Assembly: GCA_002269645.1 (NCBI GenBank)
Contig: NIVC01001638.1
Span: 186,001 to 250,000, forward strand
Origin: Macrostomum lignano
Lineage: Eukaryota
Length of the DNA stretch: 64,000 nucleotides
Direction: 5' to 3'
The notes beneath the pieces are model-generated. The model saw only the letters and a program-made list of their open reading frames with translations, searched no databases and had not been told where the DNA came from. The translations under genes were made by a program, and so were the position numbers. Positions 46,290-59,241 of this stretch are shown here, piece after piece. How positions within the stretch are numbered: the first letter of the stretch is position 1; every line of letters starts with the position of its first letter.

Positions 46290-46619
46290 CGCGCAAAAAA
46301 AATTGAGCAGGTGTGCGACACCGCGAGCAGAGCACAAGCTGGGGGTTAAAAGCTAGCCGCCCCGCGACAACCCCCCAACGCAGACGCCACCCCGCCACCC
46401 CTAACACACTTTGTACGCGGCCTACGGCCGCCCACAAAGCACACATAATCGCTCTGCTATTTAAATCGATCAGCGATTAAAATTTGCAGGGGTGGCAACA
46501 GTGCACCTGATGAGGCTTAATGAACTTTGGTGGTTCAAAATGAGTCGGTTTTGAAGAATCGCCGCAAGATCACAATAGGCGGTCACCTGGACGACGCTGC
46601 TAAATGGTTTGTAAAGCTG

Positions 46620-46745
46620 GACCCTGGGGAAGAAAGTATGTTGAAACTCAAAGTAGTTGAAATGAAATATTACAGAATAATGCTAAGGATTTCATGGAAA
46701 GAGAACGATCTAAATGCCTGGGTTAGGAGAAAAGTGAATTCGGTT
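46620..46745 (+). pseudogene. Short RTE/CR1-type LINE RT C-terminal remnant
   Basis: LKVVEMKYYRIMLRISWKE...N.WV resembles the L.AFEM.CYRR.L.ISW motif. Confidence 0.5.
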
Positions 46746-48027
46746 TTGGGAATAATATATTAAATAAGAATTCTTCCAATATTGCAAATAAAGTTAAGGT
46801 AAAAGTAAAACAGCTAGGGTATGGAAGTCAGTGCGTAATTCAGCTTCAAGGGGGGAAACTGTCTGACAGGCACAGTCTGAAACTTGGAAATTAATGAGAG
46901 AATTGGGGGGGTTACGCTCGAATGTCAAGTGTTCAGTTAAATCAATTGAATACGCTCGCTTCGGATCAGGTTAGCGGTGTTCATATGTGCATTGAAAATG
47001 TTGAAAAAGTTTGTTTCTTGCTATGACTGCTTCTATGTGGAGATATGGATGACGTAATCGTTCTAACTGCTTGGTGAAGAGGGTTCTTTCTGAGGGAGGC
47101 TGTGCGACCCGTCAGAATGTACACTGGAAATGAGGTGAGAGAACGATTGTCAGAGAACGTGAACAGGGACGAGTGTTTGTCTCTATACATGTACATGTAC
47201 AGGTATTTGATTTGCTCGTATATGGGGTTGCTTTGTGAAATCCTATAATTCTATAATTCTAAAGATACTCGAATGGCCATGCAGTTTAATATGGCAGTTA
47301 CATCAGATATTGGGGCATTTAATGTTTAGTATACTACACTGACATTTGCGAGTAGTAGTATTAGCATTTTTCTTGACAAAGTTTCCCAAAATTAGCTGAT
47401 AAATGCATCCTACAAGTTAGTGATGAGAATAATGCTGCTGGCTGCGATGATGCACAGTAAGAATTTCTTGTGTTAGTGGGGCCGAGGGGAAGTTTGGGCA
47501 GTTTTTGGACACGTTTGGACAGAGCGTGAATAATGGTTTGAGCTAAATATATAGAAGCAACTCTCTCTGAGGCCTCTCGATCTCGTTCAGTACTACTGAA
47601 TAGACACTTTCTGCAAAAACTGCATGGCACCACTGAGAATTCCCTCTGAGAGATGCTTGGGCCTCTTCATTGGTAACGAAACTTAAGTCATGCCTATTGA
47701 ATCCTAGTTGGGCATGTGCCGACTGAAGACTGCAGCAGCCGATGCCAGCCATTGTCTCATCGTTGCATACGTAATTACATGTAACTGCCATGCACTGCTC
47801 TTGCGGAGTTTTAAGTCTGACTTGTGACTGCGGAGAGTGGTAAATGCCTAAGTTTAGCGATCGGCTGCTAAACATGTATCTAACAAGTGTTGATGAATAA
47901 ATTTTCTTCATTTCCGAAGCTGTTTATAGCATTATACCATTGATTTCGTACCCAGTCACAAATTACATGTTCTTATCCACTTAGCTAGCACAGCAGGCCA
48001 TCAGAAAGCGATCTCAATCACAGTCAG

Positions 48028-48578
48028 AAATTCGCCACACACATGTACTTTAGTGATAGGGATTCTTAACTCTCACCGTCAGATACTCGCCACACACATG
48101 TACTTCAGTGATAGGGATTCTTAACTCTCACCGTCAGATACTCGCCACACACATGTGCTTCAGTGATAGGGATTCTTAACTCTCACCGTCAGATACTCGC
48201 CACACACATGTGCTTCAGTGATAGGGATTCTTAACTCTCACCGTCAGATACTCGCCACACACGTGCTTCAGTGATAGGGATTCTTAACTCTCACCGTCAG
48301 ATACTCGCCACACACATGTGCTTCAGTGATAGGGATTCTTAACTCTCACCGTCAGATACTCGCCACACACGTGCTTCAGTGATAGGGATTCTTAACTCTC
48401 ACCGTCAGATACTCGCCACACACATGTGCTTCAGTGATAGGGATTCTTAACTCTCACCGTCAGATACTCGCCACACACATGTGCTTCAGTGATAGGGATT
48501 CTTAACTCTCACCGTCAGATACTCGCCACACACATGTGCTTCAGTGATAGGGATTCTTAACTCTCACCGTCAGATATT
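48028..48578. repeat. 55-bp tandem satellite, ~10 copies (53-bp variants)
   Basis: ATACTCGCCACACACATGTGCTTCAGTGATAGGGATTCTTAACTCTCACCGTCAG; period 55 (48083, 48138...). Confidence 0.97.
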
Positions 48579-49721
48579 CAGCCTCTGGTGGTCAGCTCCT
48601 TCCTAAATACTTTCCAGCGATGTTGAAGTGCTCTGTCACAAACGCAATCCTCTCATTCTTGGGGTCAATGAGCATCAAAGGATGAGCTAATAGGCACTTC
48701 TGTGGCTGATAATTGGTTTTGGTTTTAACTCGAACTCCAAGCAGTATTTGTTTTCACAAATCGAGGTCTATTAGAATGAGTTTCTGGTTTTGTCTCTTGC
48801 ACTCATACAGCTCGTAAGAGGACACGCTGCAAAGGACACAAGGCTAGAAGTTAAGGTTTTATCCAGGGACAACTAAGGTTTTAGGTTTTAGTTGTCCCTG
48901 GTTTTATCAGAACGTTCAGGTATTAGCCAGAAACTAAAAATTGTAAAGCTTTCAGTTGTACTTTTACCAGCTAGCTGGTTTCAGAACTAAGCTTATCAAA
49001 TTGATCAAATATGCATTAAAACGATAATAATTTTGATTTTTAAGGCTCCGCCGCCGACCATGGGAAACATGGCGCAAAATCCCTTCTGAAAGGCCCAGAG
49101 AGTAGCTCCAATCAAGGCCAAGAGCACTTGTAGAAAGAAGAGGGATTTAAAAGAAGTTTAGTGCTAAACTTGATAGAGTCCATCTCCCCAAATGCACTGT
49201 TGCGTGCCTGCTCAACACTGCAAACCTCTGATCGATTATTCACACAGGAAAATCAGTTATTGCGCTGCTGTTTATTCAATAAACTAAAATCACTCTCACA
49301 ATGCCAAGTCTCTCACATAACGATCATTTATTAACATTAAGTCAATTTTCTCGGTCGATATCCCCTCAAGTAAAGTCAGCGATGCAAATTAATAACATTC
49401 CTGCATGATATGTCAAACTTGTGGACACGATTTCTTTTAGAAATTGAGGCCGGAAACAGGGCTTATAGGAGTTTGGGGGTGGCCAACAGACAGTATGAAT
49501 TAACAGTTGTCGGAACTGAATGCACATTGCGCCAAGCGCTACCATTAACCGTCTGAATTGAATGGAAATATTTCAAATTTGACTGCACATTTAACAAATT
49601 AGGATGGGAAAATGTGTAACGATACGACAAACTCACGCTCCTTTTCTAATAAAACCAAACTAGCGTCCCTCCATCGTGATACTTCCAGCTGTCTAAGAGT
49701 CAGTCAATCCTTGGATGAAAA

Positions 49722-52656
49722 TCATTTTGTACAGACGGAACTGTCCACAAGAGATATTTCCACCTTCCCATCAGGTTCAGTGTTGCCTCCATCCGTTCCT
49801 GAGACTTGCTCAGCTGAAGCATCCGCGTAACTGGAGCCGCCGCCGCCGCCTGGACTGCCTTTCGCCCCTCCGGAGCCGCCGCAGTAGCCGCCAGCGCCAC
49901 CACCTCCGGCTTCATTTGCTCCAGCTCCAGCAGTTCGGCCTCCTCCGCCTCCACCGCCGTAGCCACCGGAACCGCCACCGGCACCGTCGCCTCCAGCCCA
50001 GGTGGTGCCTCCAAAGCCATTACTATCTCCAGGAGGTGAAGCCGCAGGTGACTGCCATCCAGCACCAGCAGCGCCACAGTTAGTACCCGACGGGTTGCTA
50101 CCGGCGTTCTGATTGGCCGATCCGGGGCAAGAGCCATGCGAATGAATTCCAGCTTTGCCTGCAGTTGTCTCAGTGCCTCCGCCTCCTCCCCCGGCCGCCA
50201 ACAGCAGGGTGCTGCTGCTCGTGTAGACAAAAGTTCCGCCTCCTCCACCGCCGCCATCGCCACTGCTTCCGCGTTTTCCAACAACAATGGTCAGCGTCTG
50301 AGAACTAGTCAAGGTAAAGTGAGCAATTTTTTCTGCTCCGTTGCCACCAGCGGCTGCTGTGCTTCCATCAAAAGCTGTACCGCCTTTGGCACCACGCGCT
50401 ACAAATCGATAGCAGCCACCGTCCACAGGTGGCGTGTAGGTCACCGACGTTCCTAATTGGTATGACGCTGATGCTGGCACTGAAAATGTTTGAGAAAATC
50501 AGATTCTAAATTATGTTATCATTTAATAAATAGTAAATACCAACTTGAATTGTTAAACAGGCATGTGCATGGAGAACATTGAGCGATTCATTGATAGCTA
50601 GAATCCATAGATAAAGCCAATCAAAGCCACTGCCACAGAGCTGCAGTCGGCCAAAGCCAATAAAGACAGTCCAGCTGATAAAAAGTCAATTAAGGACGTA
50701 ACTCCATTAAAAATCAGCGAAATTTTAGAAACCAATTTTCTGTGGCCGGAATACTTGCTTTAAGATTATCCACTTTATTGTCTTTTAGCCAGAGAGAATT
50801 AAGCCTTTAACAGCTTGGCTTGGACTGTAGTGGACTGTAGTCTATGGACTGTAGTCTGCGGGAGAGTGGCAGCTTAGAATTCCGAGCTGTCCGCTTGATT
50901 GGCTTTATTGTCTATGGCCGACTGCAGCTCTGTGACAGTGGTTTTGATCGGCTTTATTGTCTATGGCCGACTGCAGCTCTGTGACAGTGGTTTTGATCGG
51001 CTTTATTGTCTATGGCCGACTGCAGCTCTGTGACAGTGGTTTTGATTGGCTTTATTGTCTATGGCCGACTGCAGCTCTGTGACAGTGGTTTTGATTGGCT
51101 TTATTGTCTATGGCCGACTGCAGCTCTGTGACAGTGGTTTTGATTGGCTTTATTGTCTATGGCCGACTGCAGCTCTGTGACAGTGGTTTTGATTGGCTTT
51201 ATTGTCTATGGCCGACTGCAGCTCTGTGACAGTGGTTTTGATTGGCTTTATTGTCTATGGCCCAGTGAAGTTCTGTGGCGATCTCCTTCTGCTGTTGCGA
51301 ATGGGGATTCCTATCTTGATTTGCTTAATTATGAACTTCACTGACAGAAGCAATTTACAGTTCAGTATGGCTTATACCACTGAGCAATACGAGTATTAAG
51401 AAGCTTTTGTATCTAAATCCGAATGAAACTGACTACCTAAACACGAGAGAGCATAGGAACTCGTGAAATTTAGTCTTGAAAATTTGATTAGAATCTGATG
51501 ATAGCAAAAACTGCTTTTAAAAAGAGACTTCGGGGCGAATGCATTCACAACTGAAGAAGTCGCAACAACTCGAGCTTCTTAGAATTGAGCTGGTAAGAAA
51601 AATACATATTTGTCGGATTGCTAGTGCATTCAGTATGCTCTAAAAAAACGGCATTGTTAGTGCCGGATTTGTCTGTGTCGAAGCAATATTGAGCGCCATG
51701 CGTTCTCTCGAGCATGCTATAATATACATTACTTACGGGCCTCAAGCTTATTTCTAAGAAATTCGAGTTTAGGTTCCTACTACGATCGTACAGCAATCCA
51801 ATTTGCAAATGGTGCAAAAGGAAGATTCTATTTTTCTTAGTATTTCACTTAAATGAAAAAAATGTATACATGTATACCTACCAGTCAGTGCCAGTGGACC
51901 CGGAGTCGTATACGTTGTCGTTAGAGTCGTAGTAGTAGCAGTGGTAGTCGGAGTCGTAGTGGTCGTAGTCGTAGTGGTCGTTGGAGCCTCTGTGCTCGCA
52001 GTCGTAGTGGTAGTTGGAACCTCTGTGGTCGTAGTCGTAGTGGTCGTTGGAGCCTCTGTGGTCACAATTGTAGTGGTCGTTGGAGCCTCTGTGGTCGTAG
52101 TCATAGTGGTCGTTGGAGCCTCTGTGGTCGTAGTTGTAGTGGTCGTTGGAGCCTCTGTGGTCGCAGTCGTAGTGGTCGTTGGAGCCTCTGTGGTCGCAGT
52201 CGTAGTGGTCGTTTGAGCCTCTGTGATCGTAGTCGTGGCTGTCGTTGGAGTCTCGGTGGTCGTTATCGGAGCCGAAGTCGTAATCAGAGTCGAAGTGGTC
52301 GGAGCCGTAGTTCTCATCGAAGTAGTCTCACAATCTGCTCTGGTTCGCAGCACCTGCGTGTTGCAGGCCGGTCCGCTACTTTGCTGCCAGTAAAGCAGCA
52401 GGTCGCAGCTGTCTCCGAGAATGCATGACCGGTTGCTAGGCAAGTACTCATAGACTGAGCACAGGGTCGTGTTGCTCGCGCATTCGACAGCGCACACTCG
52501 AGCATCGACAACCCCGAGCACTGTGCACTGACCGCTCGCTGCAGTCGCAGAATTGTAGCACAGGTCCGGCCTCTTGTCGAAGACAAAAGATAGGCCATCG
52601 GCGAATGAAATCAGGGCTGTCAAAGTTATGACAGCTTCGCCTACATGCAGTGACAT
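49722..52656 (-). CDS. Secreted signal peptide-PAN/apple-Thr-rich mucin-ALK/LTK-like glycine-rich domain protein, 2 exons, ~510 aa
   Basis: Exon 52656-51882 and exon 50479-49722, phase-1 GTAGGT..TTTCAG intron; C..C..C PAN pattern; TTTEAPTTT repeats; Y..VARGAKGG, TIVVGKRG, GGGGGGTFV, LLAAGGGGG, GGGGGSY. Confidence 0.78.
50895..51262. repeat. 49-bp tandem array (~7.5 copies) in the intron, with an inverted copy at 50605-50665
   Basis: Unit TTGATTGGCTTTATTGTCTATGGCCGACTGCAGCTCTGTGACAGTGGTT. Confidence 0.95.
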
Positions 52657-54747
52657 TCTAAGACGCTTAGACTAGTAAAGGCTTCTTTTAGAAGGGTTCT
52701 AAAGCCAAGAATGTTGCTTGACAGAAAGTCAGAAACCGCAGCTCCTAAATACAATGCCTCAAGCAGTCTCGAGCAGTTTCCTTCTTCAATTCTTGTTGGC
52801 TGGCTCTCTAGAGTCCAGCGGGTAGAGTTTGTAGTCATCATCACCATGAAAACCAGCCCAAGACAGTAACTATCTCTGGGACAGAGAAAAACTCTTCCCA
52901 CTGCCTGTTGTGTGGCAGTTCAGTATAAGTGGTGGCTTGAAGATGCTTCAAGTTGGTTTTGAGCAATAAGAAGGGTCTTTTTACTTTGTAAAGGAGAGCT
53001 TTTCTAACAAGTTTTGTTGTTCAGTAGCTTTGGCATTTGTGGCAAGCTTAAATTAGCTGAGAGCTGTCGTCAAGAAGTGAATTCTACGTCCCATCTATAT
53101 CCCTTCATGCTTTTCTCTGACTAGCTATAGCTCTCTCGACCCTATCTACAAGTGGCTACCGCAACTCCGTGCACCGCGGCACGGACCACTCGCCAAACGA
53201 CATCTTATCCAACAGAGCCGTGAGCGACGAGGCTACCAAGGCACGTTTTGCCTTGCTTTAACTTGCGAGTAATTATTGTTTTGGCATAAGCACAACCGTT
53301 TATCAGACACAAATTTTCTCAATTTAACGTAGGATGCAAGTTGTTAGCTGCGTTTAGAATACCAAGTCACAAGGAGATTAGGAGCTACAATTAGTCTGGT
53401 TAGAAAGTCATTGTCATTGTCACTACTTATTTTTCTACCTCTTCACAATTCCAATTGCAGAAGTAGTTTCTCTAGCAGAGAGCAGACTCCATCCTTGGTT
53501 CATTTGAGGCTTAAATTGTTTATGCCATCGCAGAGAGCCAGCGTCTCCCTTCCACAGCTAGAGGCTTTCAGCTTTCACTGTCGTCCTTAAGTGCCAGAAA
53601 AGCGACAGAGATTTCCACGTACATGTATTTTCTTTAGAAAACGTTTTTTCACCGGAGTGGGCTAAAACGGCACATATTCAACTCACATGACGTTTAAAAG
53701 ATGAAAAAATTAAGTTTTCTTGTACCTTTAGTGGGTTGAAAAAATTACTCATGTTCATCTTTGGTTATCCTATCAAGCTTGTCTAAATTACCTATAAGGT
53801 ATTGCATGGATAAGTAAGTTTGAAAAAATGCTGCATGATTTTGAACTTTACTAGTGGTCGATTTTTATTGCTACATTCGTGTATAGTAACGATATTGGTA
53901 AATGCAAGTTTTTGTAATAAGGAAACGATTTTGAAAACTGACTTAAGATCATTTATTTCGGTCCCTGAGTGGTTTAACAAGATTTATCTATTTTAATTTA
54001 TACAGAAAGCTGGGAAAAATTTAAAATTACAACTCCACCCTACTCTTCCGTGAATTTTTGTCATCCATTGAGCTTGTCTATGGTAAAACCTCATCTGGTC
54101 CAAAATGGTCTACAAAAACGAAAAAATCTGTTGAGAAACCAGTTGAAGGAAAATGCATAATTTCATTCATATTTGTAAGAGAGATGTGTCCCACAACCAG
54201 CGCTGAAGCGATTATGCCTATTCAGCTGACTCCAGAGAACATAGCAAGTGCACCAATACTGTACGCAAGCACGCACTCATACACACGCTCACACAGGATG
54301 TTCAGCAGCCCTGACTTTCTAATCGTCAGACATGTACACTCTGTGCTCTCTGTTGGCCCTCGTGGCTGCGAATCGCACGGCAACCCACGCCAAATTTTCG
54401 TGCACACAAGCCTCAATTCAAGTATTCGAAAACTGGTGTAGAGATCTCCAAACCTAGTAGACTACTAGAAGTAGTAAGATAAAATTACATGTACGAATGC
54501 AAATTTAAAAAAGCATGCGTCATACTCTATTTTCAGTAATACCAGTAATATCACGAAAACAGTGAGTGATCATTCCACAGTTCGAAAAATCGGTTTTCAA
54601 CCTATATTTCCAAATATGGTAAATGTTAACTCAAATGCGACCCAAGTTTCACCCTTTTTTTATTAGAAACCGCACCGATCAAAGGAGAAAGTTCATTTCT
54701 TGATTCTTATCAATAAAACCGGTTTAGGGCTCAAGGTCAAATAAAAT

Positions 54748-55376
54748 TGTGTATAATTAAATACAAGCGAAAAATCCGAGCTGAAACCTCAGACTCGGAG
54801 CAGTCAGTCTTTAATTGTTAGTTGATTATTGAGAGCTGTGTTATTGCCGGCAGTTACTGATCAGTTGATTTAACTGAGTTTATTGAATTTGAGGTCTCCT
54901 CTTTTCCTAAGGAATTGGATAGGATCTGCGGACCGATTCTGATACTCTTAGTCCATTGATTGATTTTGGTACCCTAGAGTAACCGAAGGAGCATTACGAC
55001 TCCGATTCCTTTATTTCTAGTAGAAGACGCCCTTTCTGGAGGACCTCGTTATCGTCATAGAGTTGACTTAGTTATTAGGGCGCATCTCTGCACTCGAGGA
55101 ATATATTGACGTCGACGGATTAAATTGAAGTGCTCTCATATTCGGCCGATTTTAACACTCAAGAAGACTACTCCGGAGGAGGAAGATTTGAAGAAACGAG
55201 CTCGGAGAACCTGCCCAACAAAGAAGAGGAGCCCGCACCACTGATCACTGAATTCGTTCCCAGGCTTGATGTCTGGAAGTGGAAATTCGTGCGTTTAGAC
55301 TTAATTCTCCCTCTCTCTTCTCCTTCTCTCTCTCTTTCCATCGCTCTCTGTAGTGTGCTAAAACGAACTCTTCACA
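54748..55376. repeat. Dispersed repeat, possible solo LTR
   Basis: Homologous to 2741-3290; TGTG...CACA ends but no TSD found (AAAAT vs AGGGT). Confidence 0.45.
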
Positions 55377-55934
55377 AGGGTACAGTCAGCATCTGATCAA
55401 ACGCATACCAACTTAATGCGCATATAGGACTGATTATAAATTGGTCCAGCATCTAAACTTTTCAGGACTAAAGTGTCAATAGAATTCCTTCATCCAGTAC
55501 AGAATAAAAGTACTTTTTAAATTCTGTATTTGATTATATCCGGTCTGGAAAACAGTTTAGGCACGGTATAGTTAAAGTACGTTGCATGTATATCCCACGG
55601 GTTCATTCAAGATTAGGGTTTAGGGTATAGGGTTAGGGTTAGGGTTGGGGTATTGCTGAGATTTCTAGACTGATGGGGTATTTGCTAAGATGTCATGGCT
55701 CACGGGGGGAATAGCTGAGATGTCAAGGCTTACTAAGGGAATTGTTGGGGTCATATGAGAGAAGAAAGAATGCTACATGTAGTTTATTCAAAAACTTGTA
55801 TTCAATTTTTGTTGGCCCAACGGGGGGCGCTGATTGCTAGTATACATCTAATAATAACTGACAACAATGGTTTTCATTAATGAATGAGTATCATGTCTTC
55901 TTCCACTATCACTTCTTTGAGACGGACTCTTTGA

Positions 55935-56660
55935 AACATCCTCCGGGGTGCTTGATTGAGATACGCAAGCGCCGTTCCTGTTCGTTCTGGTGCTTGACTG
56001 GGTGCTGCGGACCGCTCTTCCTACCAACGACGATGGTTTTCTGTTGCGGCGACGCGTGTCGACGCCAACCGGAGAGGCGGCTCCGTGTGCTTGGCTACGC
56101 CGACGATCTTGCCCTGCTGTCCTCGATCGTCGAGGGCGCCCAGCGCCAGCTGGACCCTCGGCAGAAGACCGTTTTGCTCTGCGTGCCGGACAACATTCGA
56201 GACTTCTATTTTCTGCCGAGGTGCTGACCGGCAGGTGACGAGGCTTCCGCGCTATCAGCAGTTTGTCAACCCCGGCGGTCCGGTGCCTCACGTTCGCGAG
56301 AACCGGCGACGTTTCCGTGGACTTGCCTGGGCTGCTTTCGTTCCGTGAGGGTTGTCCTGCAGCCCGTGGCCCTGCCTCACAGCCAGAGGACGGCGTTGTT
56401 CCAGGCGGTGTTCGTGACCGTCCTGTGGTACAATGCCGAGACCTGGACTCTGACGAGTTTGCTCAAACAGCAGGTCGATGCAGCGCACGCTGGCCTGCTG
56501 CGCGCCGCTTTCAAAGATCGGCTACGAGCCTCAATGCGTCAATGCGGCACTCTATCGCCGCACCTCAAATTTGTTGCGCCGTCGGCGACTCCAGCAGGCC
56601 AGTTAGGTCATATTATCCGAGCCGAGTCGTACTGCCCGCAACCGGTGCAGGAGCTGGAGG
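55935..56660 (+). pseudogene. Decayed RTE-clade LINE reverse transcriptase fragment
   Basis: SGV...DT.APFLFVLVLDWV, GYADDLAL, VLWYNAETWTLT, LGHIIRA; frameshifts and internal deletion. Confidence 0.82.
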
Positions 56661-58377
56661 TGCTCTCTCTTTCTCTGCACCGCACACCCCGAAGTCAGCG
56701 CTGCTGCGAGGGGCGGGCGGGGGCGTCAAAGTTGGCGCCCCAGTCTGCGAAGGAGCCTGAGAACTGCCTGCGCGTCACAGAGGAGAAGCTCACGATCGGC
56801 CGGGCGGGCCGCGTGTACTCTGGGGCAGTCGAAAAGAAGATGCTGCTCGGTGTCCGGGTCCCCGCAGTCCAGGCACAGCGCGCGGGTTGTCAGACAGGCC
56901 AAGCCGATGGCGAGTGGCGGCCGCTTGGAGGCTGCAGCCGGCGCGAAGCGGATTAATGGCCACCTCGGCCCTTCTGGGTAAAGCTGGCAGTTGTGGCCAG
57001 GAGGTTTCTCGGCCCCAGAACTCGAGGTCGAGGTTGGATCTCAGATGGTGGAGGCTGCTGACGCTGTAGGCACCCTACCAGCGGGGGCAGGCGCGCACTC
57101 GGCGTTTCGTCGACTGCCTGCTGGCTGATGCCGGCGCCCCGGACACTGCCGGCAGTGCGGCCTAAGTTCGCGCCCAGGCCCTGAAACCCGCACAGCAAAA
57201 TTACGTATCCAATAGAAAGTGGGACGTCTCCCGTACGTAACTTTTTTCGTTGCATGAACGTCCTTGATACGTATCAAATTTTTATGATCCTCTAAAGAAG
57301 CTCGTTTCTACAAAAGTTGGACTTTATTTTCACTGAAAATATTTTTAAACTTTATGACAGAATTTACAAAAAAAGAATAGATAAAAACTAGCAATTAATC
57401 TGTTATATTTAGACATTTCAATTTCGAAAAAGTTAAAAAAATAGTGAAACATTCATTTTTTCCGTAACCTTAAAAAATATGATTTCGGTGTACAGTGCAT
57501 GTACTGTAGAACAGAAAACTTGCGTTTTATCTACTAGCAAGTAGTGTTTAGATTTTAAGCAAAATGGTTGATTAAAAGTTGTAAATTGATATTAGAAAGT
57601 TTATAAAGTACAAAAAAATTTAAAGATTAAATTGTAAGACAGAAAGGTTGAAAACGTTATTTAAAATTTTTTTAAACAAAAAGGTAATATTTCAAAAGAT
57701 TTATTTTAATTCTCATAAATTTTTATAATTTAATATATTATTTTCAATAATTATATTTATTAATTTAATAATTTAAATAATAATTAAAATTATTTTGAAA
57801 TAATATTAAATTATATAACAATTTTAATAACATTTAAAATTTTTCATTTTACATTTTACATTTCTATAATTTTAATAATTTTAAAAATTTATTTTTAATT
57901 TTAAAGGTTACTTTTCGAACAAAAAGGTACTGTTTCAAAAGATTCTTTTTAATTCTCAAAAAGTGGCCAGTCAAAAAGAAGAATGGATAAATATTTTCCT
58001 AAGCCACAAGAAAAGTATATCAAAAGGAACTTAATTCAAAGCAAAGATAAAAGGGCGGCTGCAAAAAAAATCAAAATTACCCCGGCGAACACTGCAGTGG
58101 CAGGATACTGGCTGCACTCGATTATCTTTAGAAATGAACTGGATGCCGGCTAAGCTAAGAACCCTCTTCCAAAAAGGGTTTTACCACTGATACCTACTAT
58201 GCCTTAGGCCGTAAATTTAGTGCTATAAACGAGATATTTATTATATTCTTCTAATGCAACATCCCTCGAAAACTAGGTTTCAAGTGATATCTTGTTCTAT
58301 GTTGTAGTTGGCTGTTCGATTTCACAATAAAGATCTTGAAGCAATTTCCTCCTTGATGTCCAGCGATTCACTCTAAC

Positions 58378-59241
58378 TCATTTGCAGTAAGAGTTGGCGA
58401 CGGCTGCAATGACGACCTTTCCAGCAGGACCGCTATTGTGCCCATTCGATCCCTCGGGGTTCCTGCCCGATGCGTCCACGAAGCTGCCGCCTCCGCCTCC
58501 TCCATCTCCGCTGCTGCTTCCAGTTCCGCCGCAACCACCGGAGTAGCCGCCGCCTCCGCCGCCGCCGCCTTCACTGTCACTACCGTCTGTGCCGCCGCCT
58601 CCGCCGCCTCCGCCGTAGCCACCATCGCCGTTGCTGTTTGCGCCGCCTCCCGCCCAGCTTCCGGTGGCGCTCTTTCCTCCATAGCCTCCATCGTCGCCTG
58701 TGGGTCCGGAACCTCCAGCAGAGCCCCAACCAGCACCACTGCCGCCAGACCTGTCAGTGCCCTTGCTGGGACCTCCCTGTCCGACAGTCGAGCCGGAACA
58801 AGTGCTGCTAGTGCCATCGCTGCCGTCTTTTCCCGTGTCCGAGTTGGAGCCATCACCGCCTCCGCCGCCTCCTCCGGCAGCCAGAAGCAGCTGATCAGAG
58901 TTACTGCTTCTGGTTATATAGACAAAGGTTCCGCCTCCACCACCGCCGCCGCCATTAGAGTCGCTATCGCTTCCGGCATCGGTCCCAGACTTTCCCACGA
59001 CAATCGTGAGCGTCTCAATCAGATTGAAATAGGCCATTTTGTAAGCTCCCTTGCCTCCAGTTGCACCTTTTGTTGACTGGCCACCGTTGGCGCCCCATGT
59101 TTCGATTTTGTAGCAGGTGTTCACTTCCGGTGGTGTGAAGAATTGCACTAATCCCGTTTTGCCAGTTGTGCCACTCGCTGAAATGCGGTTGATAGAGTGT
59201 GCGTTCAGTGGTAATGCGATTGTAAAGACACAGAACTGCAT
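58378..59241 (-). CDS. Stand-alone secreted ALK/LTK-like glycine-rich domain protein (copy A)
   Basis: Likely start ATG 59241 with signal-like MQFCVFTIALPLNAHS; YKIETWGANGG, TIVVGKSG, GGGGGGGTFV, LLAAGGGGG, GGGGGSFV. Confidence 0.75.
   Translation of the reverse strand: MQFCVFTIALPLNAHSINRISASGTTGKTGLVQFFTPPEVNTCYKIETWGANGGQSTKGATGGKGAYKMAYFNLIETLTIVVGKSGTDAGSDSDSNGGGGGGGGTFVYITRSSNSDQLLLAAGGGGGGGDGSNSDTGKDGSDGTSSTCSGSTVGQGGPSKGTDRSGGSGAGWGSAGGSGPTGDDGGYGGKSATGSWAGGGANSNGDGGYGGGGGGGGTDGSDSEGGGGGGGGYSGGCGGTGSSSGDGGGGGGSFVDASGRNPEGSNGHNSGPAGKVVIAAVANSYCK

Larger units (their letters stand above)
42140..46444 (-). mobile_element. Ngaro-type tyrosine-recombinase retrotransposon with split direct repeats
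   Basis: A1 46300-46444 = A2 42334-42478; B1 42479-42550 = B2 42140-42211; gag, RT/RH and YR ORFs between A1 and B1. Confidence 0.95.
38807..46503. mobile_element. Non-autonomous TIR DNA transposon (hAT- or P-like) carrying a 23-bp satellite, with nested LINE and Ngaro
   Basis: TIRs CAGTGTTGCC / GGCAACAGTG; 7-bp TSD CACCTGA (38800-38806, 46504-46510); subterminal AATCGC motifs. Confidence 0.75.

Noticed and set aside
46504-46530. Second hammerhead (reconstructed TGTCAC-CTGATGA-GGCTTAATGAAC at the TSD)
   Set aside because: Core CTGATGA present but no closing stem II or GAAAC
47543-47911. Cys-rich PAN-like exon
   Set aside because: Cysteine spacing only loosely PAN-like, no convincing splice sites or start
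48028-48578. 55-bp and 49-bp (50895-51262) arrays as CRISPR
   Set aside because: Units are contiguous and near-identical with no unique spacers; no cas genes; eukaryotic context
55613-55650. Telomere or telomere-fusion site (TTAGGG x few)
   Set aside because: Only about five degenerate units; common inside non-autonomous repeats
58438-59076. Ala-rich antisense ORFs opposite the glycine-rich genes (also 63232-63870, 49700-50287)
   Set aside because: Shadow frames produced by GGC/GCC codon repeats
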